The notes: generated from the letters alone by a model not told the origin. A stretch of DNA of 63,752 nucleotides, filler included, from Octopus bimaculoides (GCF_001194135.2; 5 parts of 3 records of this genome joined end to end with filler, not necessarily neighbours in it); one strand, 5' to 3'; shown: positions 13,641 through 25,399, numbered from the whole stretch's first letter. Program-made: numbers and translations.

Positions 13641-16600
13641 GGAAATTCTTGAATCTTGAGATTATCTTTTCAAGTGGAGCTGATCCTGATTACCATTTGT
13701 TACTTATGATACATCCTTTGAGGCAGAGACTATTTTAATAAACCAAGAGTTGTATGGTATTTGATATGCTTGTATGTTGCACATCAATAACTCTACTTTC
13801 ATAAGTCTTCATACTCAATAAAATAGAGTTAGGTTTTTAAAAAAAACCAACATAACATATTCTCTGCACGTAGACAAACAGAGATGTTTTATAACATTTC
13901 ATTGGTTGCTTCAAGGTGATGGATTCTAAACTTAATGGCAGAATTAAGACAAATCACTGACCAACAGAGCAAAAAAAAAAAAAAGAAGGAAAAAAAGAAC
14001 CTCTTCACTTGTTATGGATTAATGAACATTTCAACAGCAAACACCTGGTATACACCAGTCCAAACCAAGTTGGTAACAGAAAGGGAAAGGTAAAAAACAG
14101 AAACAAAAAGAATGAAGGCAAAACATGAGCTCCAAGAAGAAATTCTTACTACGTACCTAACTTAATTATCTAATTAATATATTGAAAAAAATGAGAGAGT
14201 AAAATTTTCCTGCTGCCCCTTGTGTTTTGCCATTTTTATTCTGTACATATCTTGCTGAAATCAACTTTTTCTTTTGTCCAGGTATTGATAATGTAAACAC
14301 CAATGAAATAGTGATGGTTCATGGTTTAGTGATCTGATCATGGCATTCACATTCAAGATGATGGTTTTGATTCCAGACAGCGGTTTGTTATGCTCTCTGG
14401 TGAAACACTTCATTTCACATTGCTCCACTCCATTCAACTGTAAATGAGGGACTGGTGTCCTATTCAGTCACTTGTGGTCCATAGAAATAGGGTAACTGGC
14501 CCTGTAAGTCCTAGGACTGATAATGTATAATATATCTATTTCTCTGAGCATCCAGGGGTTACTGAGCATGATGAGTGAAGTAGTTGTCTGTTAGTTAAAT
14601 TGACTAGACATCAGCCCTTGTCTTAAAGTTTTTAACCTTAGGCCCTAAGCTAGAACTCATTGTTACTAACATTAGCATAGCTTACAAAGATTCATGTATT
14701 TTGGTAACACCTCTTTGAATCCAAGTTCAAATTCTGCTGGGTGTGATTAAATCAACACTGCTTTTTTTTTATAATTCTATATGAAAGTTAGGAAAAATGC
14801 CTTCTAGATAATATTTAGTTACATTTCTAGTTCAAATCCTACTGGAAGTAATTTTGATTTTCCTTCTTCAGGGGTCAATAAAAAGAATTACTAGTTATAT
14901 ATAGTGGTTGATAATTTATGCAATTTAGACATATTAGAAATACCTATTAGAAATATTAGTTATTGCAGAGATTCTTGACTGACTAAAGGTAAAAAGAAGG
15001 GAGAAATGAAAAGAAACCTGTTTTACTTCATCAATCTTCCATTTGACCTTAAATTAATAAATTTATCTTTCATTCAACTTCAAATTTATAAACAAATGTG
15101 TATTTATCTCAACCTCATGCAATCAGGTCAACTGGTTGTCACATTATCTTAAAAACAGCATAGAATGTGGGCATCTGTGTAGACTCAGGTCAAATTTATG
15201 GAGTATTTCATGTGTACCAATCTTTTTTTTATGTATTGAAACATCCATGTACCTTCATACCTCATAAATAAAGTAAAGGAATAATCCAACTTGCTAGAAA
15301 TAACAGCCAAATCTTATACTAATCTTAAAATGGGTGAATATACTTGGTAAAGTAGTTTTCAATATAAACAAGAAAAGAAGACAGGAAAGTGAAAGACTGG
15401 AGTTCCACTGACAGAAATGGTTGAAAAAAGAAGTCTATCACATATGGACGGAATCTGAAGGTGATGACTGCACAAAACTGACTTTAAAATCTGAAAAAGG
15501 TAAGTTTTACAGCAAAAGGTAAGTTTCACTCAAAAGTCTATCAAATATCATTTACCAAAACTTGTGAATGATCATGTGAAAAATTTCAAACCATATGGTT
15601 AGTAATTTCAGCCAGAAATAGTGTTATTACCCTCCTCTAGGCAACAAAGTTTGCACAAAACATTTTAGAAAAATCTTCAACACTCATCAGACAATTAAAA
15701 AATATTATACTAGTGGCCTAAAAATCTCTTTTGTGCAAATAGAAGTAAATATTATCACACATGACACTGATTCCATTATAGTTCAGGGAACAATTTTATA
15801 ACAGTATCACAGAACACCTTAAGTAACTATACACTTCATATGAGGGCATTCGAAATAAAACGTAAGTATGCACATACACACATATATACCACAACTATCT
15901 GTGTTACCAGTTTGTATACCCTAACTGTAACCTCTTAACACTTTCCTGGATGCTATCATTATAGGAGACTTCCGGACGTTCACCGCATCCTGATATAAAA
16001 ACAATACTGATAACACAAGGCGACAATAGTATCTCTTGTAAACTTTCTTTACATCCTAAGCAACCAATGTTAACACATCTACATCCATGACTGAGCAAAC
16101 AACAAATCCGTCCTCATACATCACCCACTACCACATCGCAAACTATTCTCAAACTCTTTCCCAATCGTATACTCATCATAATCACAACTCATTCAAAGTT
16201 CCAGACAGTCCCTACTGATGGCATTGTTATTTGGGGATGTAGGCTTATTTTGTTATTTCTTTAAAAGCATACTGCTTTAGAATTGTGTTGTAGAAGTGTT
16301 TGTGCATATTGAGGCAGGTGATTGTGAAGATCGGAATTTAGTTGCGAAAATTGTCTGGAAATGGATGAGGGTTGGCGACAAGAAGAACATCCGGTTGTTG
16401 AAAATCTACCTCATTATCTCGTCAAAGACTTGCCAGACTGCAAGCAATTCTATTTTTTTTTTAATGTATTAGGTGTCGCTGGAATGTTGAACTCCCGTAT
16501 AACAACACCATGTGACCCAGTTTGACCACTGGCAGCCCAGTTTTCCGGTAGCCATCTTGAACTTACCACATCGTCTCCATTCAGTTAACTGGCCCCAGCG

Positions 16601-16679
16601 AGCTAGTTTTCTGTAAAAGCCAACATAACTTCAAGTCAAGTGGGGCCGAATCAAACTGTTTTAAGTAATAATAATAATC

Positions 16680-16890
16680 TTTTCTACTATTGGCACAAGG
16701 TCTGAAATATTAGGGGAAAGGAATAGTCTATTACATTGCCCCCAATGTTTAACTGGTACTTACTTTATTGACCCTGAAATGATGAAAGGCAGAGTTGACC
16801 ACAGCGGATTTTGAATGCAGAACGTAAATTTGGATGAAATGCCACAAAGCATTTTGTCCAGTGTGCTAACGATTCTTCCAGCTCACCGCC
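16680..16890 (-). mobile_element. tRNA-derived SINE family B
   Basis: Reverse complement matches 13077-13290 (ggcggtgagctgg head). Confidence 0.75.
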
Positions 16891-16932
16891 TTTATAATAA
16901 TAATAACAACAACAACAACAATAATAATAATA

Positions 16933-17308
16933 GGCGCAGGAGTGGCTGTGTGATAAGTAGCTTGCTTACCACCCACATGCTTCCGGGTTCAGTCCCATTG
17001 CGTGGCGCCTTGGGCAAGTGTCTTCTACTATAGCCTCCGGTCGACCAAAGCCTTGTGAGTACGTTTGGTAGATGGAAACTGAATAAAGTCTGTCGTATAT
17101 ATGTATGTGTGTGTCTGTGTTTGTCCCCCAACATCGCTTGACAACGGATACTAGTGTGTTTACGTCCCCGTAACTTAGCGGTTCGGCAAAATACCCCGAT
17201 AGAATAAGTACTAGGCTTACAAAGAATAAGTCCTGGGATCGATTTGCTCGACTAAAGGCGGTGCTCCAACATGGCCGCAGTCAAATGACTGAAACAAGTA
17301 AAAGAATA
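16933..17308 (+). mobile_element. tRNA-derived SINE family A, full length
   Basis: tRNA-like head ggcgcaggagtggctgtgtg...ccgggttcagtccc with A/B-box-like motifs, ccttgggcaag CORE-like segment, internal microsatellite, at least 7 further copies in the window. Confidence 0.85.
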
Positions 17309-17319
17309 ATAATAATAAT

Positions 17320-18680
17320 AGAAAACAACCTGTTTCCAGAAGAGCAGAAGGGATGCTGCAAGGGCTCATACGGCTGTAAAGATCAATTAATGATCAATAA
17401 AGCCATAACTGAAGACAGCCGCAGAAAGAAGAAAGGCCTCAGTATGGCCTGGATCGACTACCGAAAGGCTTTTGACAGTGTTCCCCACACGTGGATCCTC
17501 GAAACACTAGCCATAAACAAGGTAGCACCANNNNNNNNNNNNNNNNNNNNNNNNNNNNNNNNNNNNNNNNNNNNNNNNNNNNNNNNNNNNNNNNNNNNNN
17601 NNNNNNNNNNNNNNNNNNNNNNNNNNNNNNNNNNNNNNNNNNNNNNNNNNNNNNNNNNNNNNNNNNNNNNNNNNNNNNNNNNNNNNNNNNNNNNNNNNNN
17701 NNNNNNNNNNNNNNNNNNNNNNNNNNNNNNNNNNNNNNNNNNNNNNNNNNNNNNNNNNNNNNNNNNNNNNNNNNNNNNNNNNNNNNNNNNNNNNNNNNNN
17801 NNNNNNNNNNNNNNNNNNNNNNNATATGGATGACCTAAAACTATACACTAGAAATGATAAACAGCTGGAAACACTACTACAGACAGTACATGGATTTACC
17901 AAAGAAATAGATATGAAATTTGGATTAGAAAAATGTGCCAAAGTAACCCTGAAAAGAGGAAAATTAGTTAAAAGTAGCAACATCACACTAGATAAAACCA
18001 ATGAAATAAGAGAATTAGACGAAAGCCAGGCATACAAATATTTAGGAATCAATGAACTAAATAGGATACAACATACACAAATGAAAGAGAAAATAAAGAA
18101 AGAATACTATAGACGTGTTAGATCAATACTGAAAACAGAGCTCAATGCTAAAAGCATAAAAGCAAGATAAGAGGTATTAACACTTTAGCAGCCCCAGTTA
18201 TAAGTTACAGCTACAATATCCTTAACTGGACACTAAATGAACTAACCAAAATAGACAGGAAAACAAGAAAAATAATGACAGTATCTAGGGTGCACCACCC
18301 AAAATCTGATATAGAAAGGCTATATATACAACGTACAGAAGATGGTAGAGGCCTTATACAACTGGAAAACTATTATAAAATAACCACCATAGGACTGCAA
18401 AAATATCTACCCCAGAAGCAAGGAAAACTAATACAATTAGCCACAAAACACGAGCAAAGCAAAAAACTGTCTTCAGACAAATACATAACAAAAACACCAG
18501 GACTTACAAGTATATATAACATACAGAAAATTTCACTACTGGGCACTGCACACATCCTACGCAAAACACTTTCACTACAGTAACCATAAGAGCATCACAG
18601 CACATACCCAAGGCACACAGAGCTGCGGTCGGTAGTGAAGTGAAAGCACGTTATAAAAATAAAACTACTGAATAATAATA
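17320..18680 (+). mobile_element. R4/Dong-clade non-LTR retrotransposon, 5'-truncated and internally deleted
   Basis: RT motifs EQKGC, AWIDYRKAFDSVPH, YMDDLKLY, YKYLG, HPKSDIERLY..GRGL, then terminal LLGTAHILRKTLS* and a 3' UTR ending in (TAA)n. Frameshifts are present. Confidence 0.9.
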
Positions 18681-18739
18681 ATGATAATAATAATAATAGT
18701 AATGATAATAAACATAATAATAATAAGAAGAAGAAGAAG

Positions 18740-20235
18740 TATTTTAACTGTGTATCATCTCCATCACTCGCACAACACGTGTAAACACGCTCGCCACAAT
18801 ACGGTCCAGTTAACATCAGACCATTTCCGTCCTCAACCACCATGCACAAAAAAAAAAAAAAATGAAAAATAAATTAGATAATACCCGTATTCAACCCAAG
18901 AATAACAAACGGGAAGTACGTACTTTAAACTTGTTACACAAAAAGCACGAAAAACTACACGTGCAAACCCATTTAACACCGATACCCTACGAAAATTATG
19001 ACCCAGCAAATAAAATCAAAAAAGCATAAATGGACACGTGAGGAATATACTTCAATCCTACACGCTTATTTTAGAGCAGTGCTCTAACCACAGAACGAAA
19101 ACACAACAGATACATATAAAATCTAGAAGAGGAATAGTGTAGATAAAGATTTGGATACAGCAATGAGCCCTAATAAACTAGCAAACATACGGAGATATAT
19201 TCTCAAAAAAAAAAAAAACCCAAAAAACATGTCAGAAATGGAAATAGAATACTTTTTAGGAAAGTGGGTTATACATCATTAGATGTACACCTGACTTTCC
19301 TATATCAAATTAGAAGTGAACGGAACGCAGAAACTCCAAACTGATCAACAACAACAAATATTTATTTATGGTGGAAAATATACAGCTTCCAATTGTCCGG
19401 TTTCTGAGTAGCCTGAATGTAGATGTACTGTCCCTAGAGATGAATCGTTGGAGAGACAACTTGGTTCTTCCACACTCAATGAGAGCTTGTTTAGACGTCT
19501 TGCTTGGTCGCTGTCTGGTGAGGTAAAGAGACAGAATAGAAGCGGGAACGCTTGGATGTCGAAATCCACGCATGCGTGGTTAAGGATGCAGCAATGGCGA
19601 CTATTCCTTTTTGGCGCCAATATGACGTCACTACAACTTAAAAGGAAAAATACATCATGGAAACGTAAATAGTAACCATACAGCAATGCCAAATAATATC
19701 ATAAGCACCGGGACTGTAAAATATGAATACAGATGTAATATGTCCAACGAAAACGAAGTAAACAACGAAAGTCGACAAACCCAGACCGTAGGAATGATGA
19801 GCATAAAAACCAAAGCCATCCTCATTAGAAGAGGCATATTCCAGGGAGACACACTCTCTCCACTCCATTTCTACTTGGCACTGACACCTTTATCTGTCAT
19901 GCTAAACAGAAATGGATGTGAATACAACTGTTACGGCAAAACAATCAACCACCTCTTATATATGGATGATCTATAACTGTACGCTACATTAGGTATGATA
20001 AAGAATATTCAGACAAATACATGACAAAAACACCAGGACTAACAAGTATATATAACATTCAGAAAATAGTACTACTAGGCACCGCACACATCCTACGTAA
20101 AACACTTTCAATACAGTAAAAATAAGAGCATCACAACAAACTACAGCACATACCTATGGCACACAGAGCTGCGTTCGGTAGTGCAGTAAAAGCACGTGAT
20201 AAAGATAAGATTACTGAATAAATAATAATAATAAT
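18740..20235 (+). mobile_element. Second R4/Dong copy: N-terminal part, RT piece and 3' end, with deletions and inserted sequence
   Basis: KWTREEY..ILHAYF N-terminal motif (19017-19200), IRRGIFQGDTLSPLHF and NHLLYMDDL (19820-19976), and a 3' end nearly identical to 18470-18680, ending in (TAA)n. Confidence 0.8.
19566..19630. promoter_or_regulatory. Dense cluster of promoter-type motifs (NRF1-like, YY1-like, E2F, CRE)
   Basis: CCACGCATGCGTGG 19566-19579, AATGGCG 19593-19599, TTTTTGGCGCCAA 19608-19620, TGACGTCA 19623-19630. Function is inferred from motifs only. Confidence 0.4.
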
Positions 20236-20261
20236 AATAATACCTTTAGCTGTGCATCTAG

Positions 20262-21415
20262 GGCAAAAAATATTTTAGTAGGTCGGCTCATACTCAAGGC
20301 AGAGTCAGGATGCTCATACAGGGGTAACACAACTTGTCCACTGAACGGCCACTGCAATACAGAGACAGTTGCTTGCGAGGCAGAAGTAACAGCAACAGGA
20401 TCCAATGGACAACCGTGCGTGCGGAAGTACGTGGGAGCAACGGAAGGCCTCTTCATAACTCGCTTCAACAACCACAAGTCCTCCTTCAACATCTCGGAGA
20501 GACGTAATGCCACAACCCTAGCCTAGTACGTTTGGGCTTTGAAAGAAAGTGCCACAGAGTACAGCATAAAGTGGAAGATCCTGGAAAAATGCAAATCGTA
20601 CTTCAACAGCAGTAGGAAGTCCAGGTTATGCTTGGCTGAGAAGAGAGCAATTTTAAAGAGTACAGAACGCCCGGATGTTTATTTGAATAGCAGGAGTGAG
20701 GTGTTTAATCCTTGCCCACATGAAAGGAAATACATCCTATTGCACCTGCGCGCCCCATCATGGCTGTAATCACAAGTCCCCGGCCTCGACCTTCCACTAA
20801 TACCCTTGGGCCCGGCAAAACATTTGACCAAAGTACACACCAATGCACCCACGTACACATATGCACACCCCTATAAGGCGGACACCCAACAAAATAGACT
20901 GTCCCCCAACACATGCCCCTCCATACAAATCGTACTCCTACACATACATAGACCCCACACACTTTACACACCGCACGCTAACATTAAAAACCCCTATAAC
21001 CTTATTCTTTACAGAAAGAAAACAATCCAACAAATACAACTATATATACCAATACCCCGGAAAAAATTATGTATATGGAACCACTACACATATCACACAC
21101 CCCATACCCATATGAGCACCACATTAATAATACACATTTTCCCCACTTCAAGATTAGTCTTATCGGCTTCACAACATACCCAACCAAGGGACATAACTCC
21201 TAACCTAATTCCCTGGCTCTTTTTTCGTTTCACCACCTTTTCACAGCAACCGCTGACCGGTTATGCTAATTCACCTCCGACACTAGAGAGCAGTTGCCAT
21301 ATTCCTTTCTATATCGCCTAACTCTGATGAGGATAAAGTTATATAATCGAATTGTTACCTAACACTCCATTGTATTCTTTACGCGAAACCGATTAGTAAG
21401 ATCAGCCGCGGTGGA
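20262..21415 (+). mobile_element. Penelope-like element 3' fragment (GIY-YIG endonuclease, 3' UTR and pLTR-like end)
   Basis: Translation TCPLNGHC...RKYVGATEGLFITRFNNHKSSF...YVWALKE..IKWKILEK..RLCLAEKRAI..LNSRSEVFNPCPHERKY* with one in-frame stop. A C-rich UTR follows, ending in a hammerhead-like motif. Confidence 0.85.
21318..21400 (+). ncRNA. Type I hammerhead ribozyme motif (degenerate) in the Penelope pLTR
   Basis: Stem I CTAACT/AGTAAG (5 of 6 pairs), core CTGATGA 21324-21330, extended stem II TAAAG/CTTTA plus ATATAAT/ATTGTAT, GAAA 21385-21388. Confidence 0.7.
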
Positions 21416-21423
21416 TATTTAAT

Positions 21424-21456
<33 letters not shown>

Positions 21457-22279
21457 CTGTGTGTGTGTGTGTATACATTTAAATAATAAGGGTGAAAAAT
21501 TGAATATTAATTTGATTAATATCAATTTAAAACCAGTAGCCTAGCATATTGAAAAATCTGGAGATTCAGAAAAATTATATTACATACATATAAGAGGGAT
21601 GACCACTAAGTGGACATCCATTATGCTAGAAGAAGACCACCTATGGTCTGACTACCAAGAAATTGAATATATTTAAATTCAGAAGAGTGGTACAACAAGG
21701 TATCAATATGTAAGAACGACCGTGCGAACCCAAAAGGAGAAATGGTGACGAATGGAAAAACAGGGCTCCTTTTATTATGACACGTCACACGGTCGAACAC
21801 AAAATATATCAAATGATATAAATATGTTATACTTCGATAACATAGAGAATTCGTAAATGCCAGTAAGATACAAGATAAGACACAACCGATAGAGATGAAT
21901 AACAGTAATATTTATTGTAGCATTAAATTGTATGTCTGTGTGTGTGTGAATGCGACATAATGAAACACAATAAAAGACAGGCCGTCATGTAAAGAAAAGA
22001 GTGTGTGTAAGTGATACATGTATGTGGATACGAGAGATACACAGTATTGAATATGAGTCAGTAACACATATAAAGATTTAAGGTACCAGTTCTTAGAGTA
22101 CACAGTGGTAAGTGTCTGTATAAGAAGTTAAGGCNNNNNNNNNNCGTGTTGCTGCTGGCGACGTCGGTGACGATGTTTGTAGTTTGGTTAGCTGTTGGTG
22201 TTGAAGTCGTCGCTGGAAACTGGTTGCTGCTGTGTTACGCGTGTGTGGCCGCGGCCAGATCTAGGCGATCTGGGGCGCG

Positions 22280-22450
22280 ACGACTTGGCGGGTATAGTTT
22301 AGTCTGTTTATAGCTGAAAGTAGGCTCCACAGAAGCATTAGAAAAATACTATCACGTGACCTTATTAGGGGCTGTGATTGGTCGATTTACGTTCTGGCGG
22401 GAACGGTACGAGGCAGTTGCCGCTTCAAATAATAATCAGTCACGTGATGG
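22280..22450 (-). promoter_or_regulatory. Candidate Pol II promoter: E-box, CCAAT, E-box, TATA
   Basis: GTCACGTGAT 22439-22448, CCAAT (plus-strand ATTGG 22377-22381), ATCACGTGAC 22351-22360 and CTATAAA (plus-strand 22307-22313), in canonical order on the minus strand ahead of a CpG-rich stretch. Confidence 0.5.
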
Positions 22451-23976
22451 ATACAGTAGGCTGCTCTCTACTACGCCCGAACTTAAATATATTTATAACA
22501 GTGGGAGAAGATGGTTTGTTTGTATACAATGGCGATAGAGGTTAGTTTCACTACAAATATTATATATGCGTGTGTGTGTGTGTGTGTGTGTGTGTTTGTG
22601 TGCGTGTATGTGTGTGTGAAAGGCTACTCTCAGTTTCCGTCAGCCAAATCCACTCACAAAAGTTTTGGTCAACTCGGGGTTTGCAGAAAAATATCTATCC
22701 ATGGTGCCAGTAGTGGGACTGAACGTGGATCTTAACCATACAGCTATGTATACATTACTCCAAGAATTTACTCGGGGCTATGTTTGAAGTCAGTAAATAG
22801 CAAGAAAGTGATGGTGTTGTCATAAGAGACCATTAACATATTTAGTGAGATAACAATTGCTATCTTGTCAAACAGGTTTAAAGAATATAGGAAGTTTCAA
22901 AAAAGAAAAAACAACTCTGCAGAGGATTCATTCAGAACGGTAATCTTACGATAAAGAATAAAAAAATGCATTCAGCATCATTTTTATCTAAATGTTAAAA
23001 TCAACCTGACAGAATATCTACAGCTGATTGTGAGAAAAATTACGATATACTGTTGGAATTTTGGCTTTATCTTTACGATATCATTATATCATAAAGAACG
23101 CCTTGGAAATTCTTTAGTATTTATTGACACATGCACACAGACGCATACATACACACACAAGGCCGCACGCATACACACGCACGCACGCACGCACAAACAC
23201 AGACAACCTTAGCAACAAATTCATGTTGATAACGAAGGCTCTAGGGGAGATAACTGAAATACTTCGTTGACGCACGCGCACACATACACACATTCGCGGC
23301 CACACACATACACACACGCACACACACACACGACCTAAAAGACTAATTCATGGATGTTAGGAATGAAGACTCTAGGGGAGGTAACTGAAATAGTTCGTAA
23401 GATAGCAGTGCGGTTACATCTCAAACAAATGATGCTTTGAAGTATCATGTGAAATAATAATATTTTGTCTCTCCTTCATGGTTAGACGCAGCTACGTAAC
23501 TACAACAACTACGTAACTACAACTATTAACCGACACACATAGAGCTAAAATATCTAGTCTAGTTATGAAATTATATAACCTAGTTAATCCCCTTCGTTAC
23601 AACACCGTCTAATGTAAGGGAGGTAACTACTCAAACACTAATGCCATTTTATTTTGAAACATCCTAATGGCAAGGTGGTGACCCTTCGACTTTGTTTCCT
23701 CATAACTTTGAGAAAAAATTATAGTTTTTAATGAAATTTTCTACAAATACACTGCAGATGACGTAGATTCCGATTATATCGGAATTAGTAGTGAATAATA
23801 TTTTTCGAAATTTCACCTTTTATTTTGTAGATAGAGGCGTAGACGTTGCTGTGTGGTAAGATTGCTTCCTAAACACATGCTCCTGGATTTAGTTTCACTG
23901 CGTGGACCAAAGCCATGTGTGTGGATTCGGTTGACACACACATAGATACACACACACACACGCGCACGCACACACG

Positions 23977-24017
<41 letters not shown>

Positions 24018-24117
24018 NNNNNNNNNNNNNNNNNNNNNNNNNNNNNNNNNNNNNNNNNNNNTTAATTAATTAANNNNNNNNNNNNNNNNNNNNNNNNNNN
24101 NNNNNNNNNNNNNNNNN
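24018..24117. other. Artificial scaffold-join spacer (44 N, TTAATTAATTAA, 44 N)
   Basis: Same 100-bp construct around 28845, 32536 and 52194; the 12-mer has stops in all six frames. Confidence 0.9.
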
Positions 24118-24149
24118 GAGCATGGCCATTGCCAGTGCCGCCAGACTGG

Positions 24150-24180
<31 letters not shown>

Positions 24181-24213
24181 AATCAAAATAAGCAACAGGA
24201 TTTCAAGAAGTGA

Positions 24214-24298
24214 TGCAGTACGACCCTTTCAAGCGACTCCATTTAACTGAACAATGCAATCATTAGTCAATTTAAATGCAGGGCTATCATCAGCTGCA
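24214..24298 (-). ncRNA. Type I hammerhead ribozyme motif with long stem II
   Basis: Minus strand TGCAG-CTGATGA-TAGC...GCTT-GAAA-GGGTCG-TA-CTGCA: perfect 5-bp stem I and an 11-bp inner stem II helix; stem III does not pair. Confidence 0.65.
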
Positions 24299-24669
24299 CA
24301 AATAAATTGAATTTTTATCAGTCGGACACATTAACATAATTTTACTCAAACACTTTAGTAGAGTAAGAAGAAATCCATGTTGTCGCTATTGTAGCTAAGA
24401 ATATACTACACTTCGAAGAAAGGCATGAAGCTTACTGGGCTCATATCTTGTAAAGGATTGTGGTTCATTTCTAATTTATTTATCAACTTTTATCAACTTT
24501 TTATCAACTACTAAATCTAAGACTATATGTGTGTGTATGTTTGTGTGGGTGGGTAGTGGAGGTAATTGGGATTATTAAAGCCAGGCAGATATCTTGTAAG
24601 CACTCATCTAATTTTAGCAATAAAATAAAGGAACATGGTGATAATTTCACGAATGTTAATACTACGAAA

Positions 24670-24900
24670 TAAGGCCTGTGTAAATAAAAGAAAGGCTAAA
24701 TCAAAGAATATTATCTGGTATAATATACCATTCATATATTACATAATTAATAATATCGCTCGGAAATTCTTCGCAGCACTTGTATCCCACCTTCCAGTAA
24801 GTACGGAAAATTATTTAATCGCCATAAATTAAAATTTTCCTATTCAGCCACTAGAAATTCGGCCGAAATTATTTCAGCACATCACAAAAATAAATTAGAG
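24670..24900 (+). mobile_element. Decayed Penelope-like element fragment (RT-to-endonuclease linker)
   Basis: With frameshifts reads KRKAKSKNIIWYNIPF..NIARKF..KLFNRHKLKFSYSATRNSAEIISAHHK, resembling the PLE NIIWFNPP...FNRNTVKVSYSC linker. Confidence 0.65.
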
Positions 24901-25184
24901 AGTATGTCAACTCAAAAATAGTAAATCACTGTAAGAATTATAGATCAATTGTGCGATAAACTGTAATGTTAGGACATCACAGATTTAGTTATAAGCTAAT
25001 ACATTTGCATAATGTATTTTGATAACGTACACAAATAACCTCCGTCATTTTGACGAGTATTACTCAATTATATGTATAAAGTATGATATACGTGTATGTA
25101 TGTATGTATGTATGTATGTATGTATGTATGTATGTATGTATGTATGTGTATTGGTATTGGTAGTGGTATGTATGTGTATTGCAG

Positions 25185-25335
25185 GTATTGGTAGTGCAAA
25201 TCAGAGGTGCAATCTGTGTGGGTGTTTTTTCAAAACACTGTCTGATTTAAAAAGCCACATCAGACGCCATGAAAGGGCTAAGGTGTAGGTGCAGGAGGTG
25301 GTCAAACTCTGTTTAAGGAGTAGACAACCACCATG
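25185..25335 (+). mobile_element. Single C2H2 zinc-finger segment, probably the 3' end of an RTE-like LINE
   Basis: CNLCGCFFKTLSDLKSHIRRH (25208-25270) fits C-x2-C-x3-F-x5-L-x2-H-x3-H; stop at 25286-25288; flanked on both sides by (TATG)n. Confidence 0.5.
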
Positions 25336-25399
25336 TATGTATGTGTATATATATATATATATATAAATATATAATTAAAAAAAGACATGTAGTAAACAA

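Noticed and set aside
15930-16200. DAIIIGDF motif suggesting a LINE AP-endonuclease remnant
   Set aside because: A single short motif with stops and frameshifts around it; too weak to call.
23205-23400. Two copies of about 45 bp (gaag.ctctagggga.gtaactgaaata.ttcg) separated by (CA)n
   Set aside because: Only two units around a microsatellite; a local duplication rather than an array, and not CRISPR-like.
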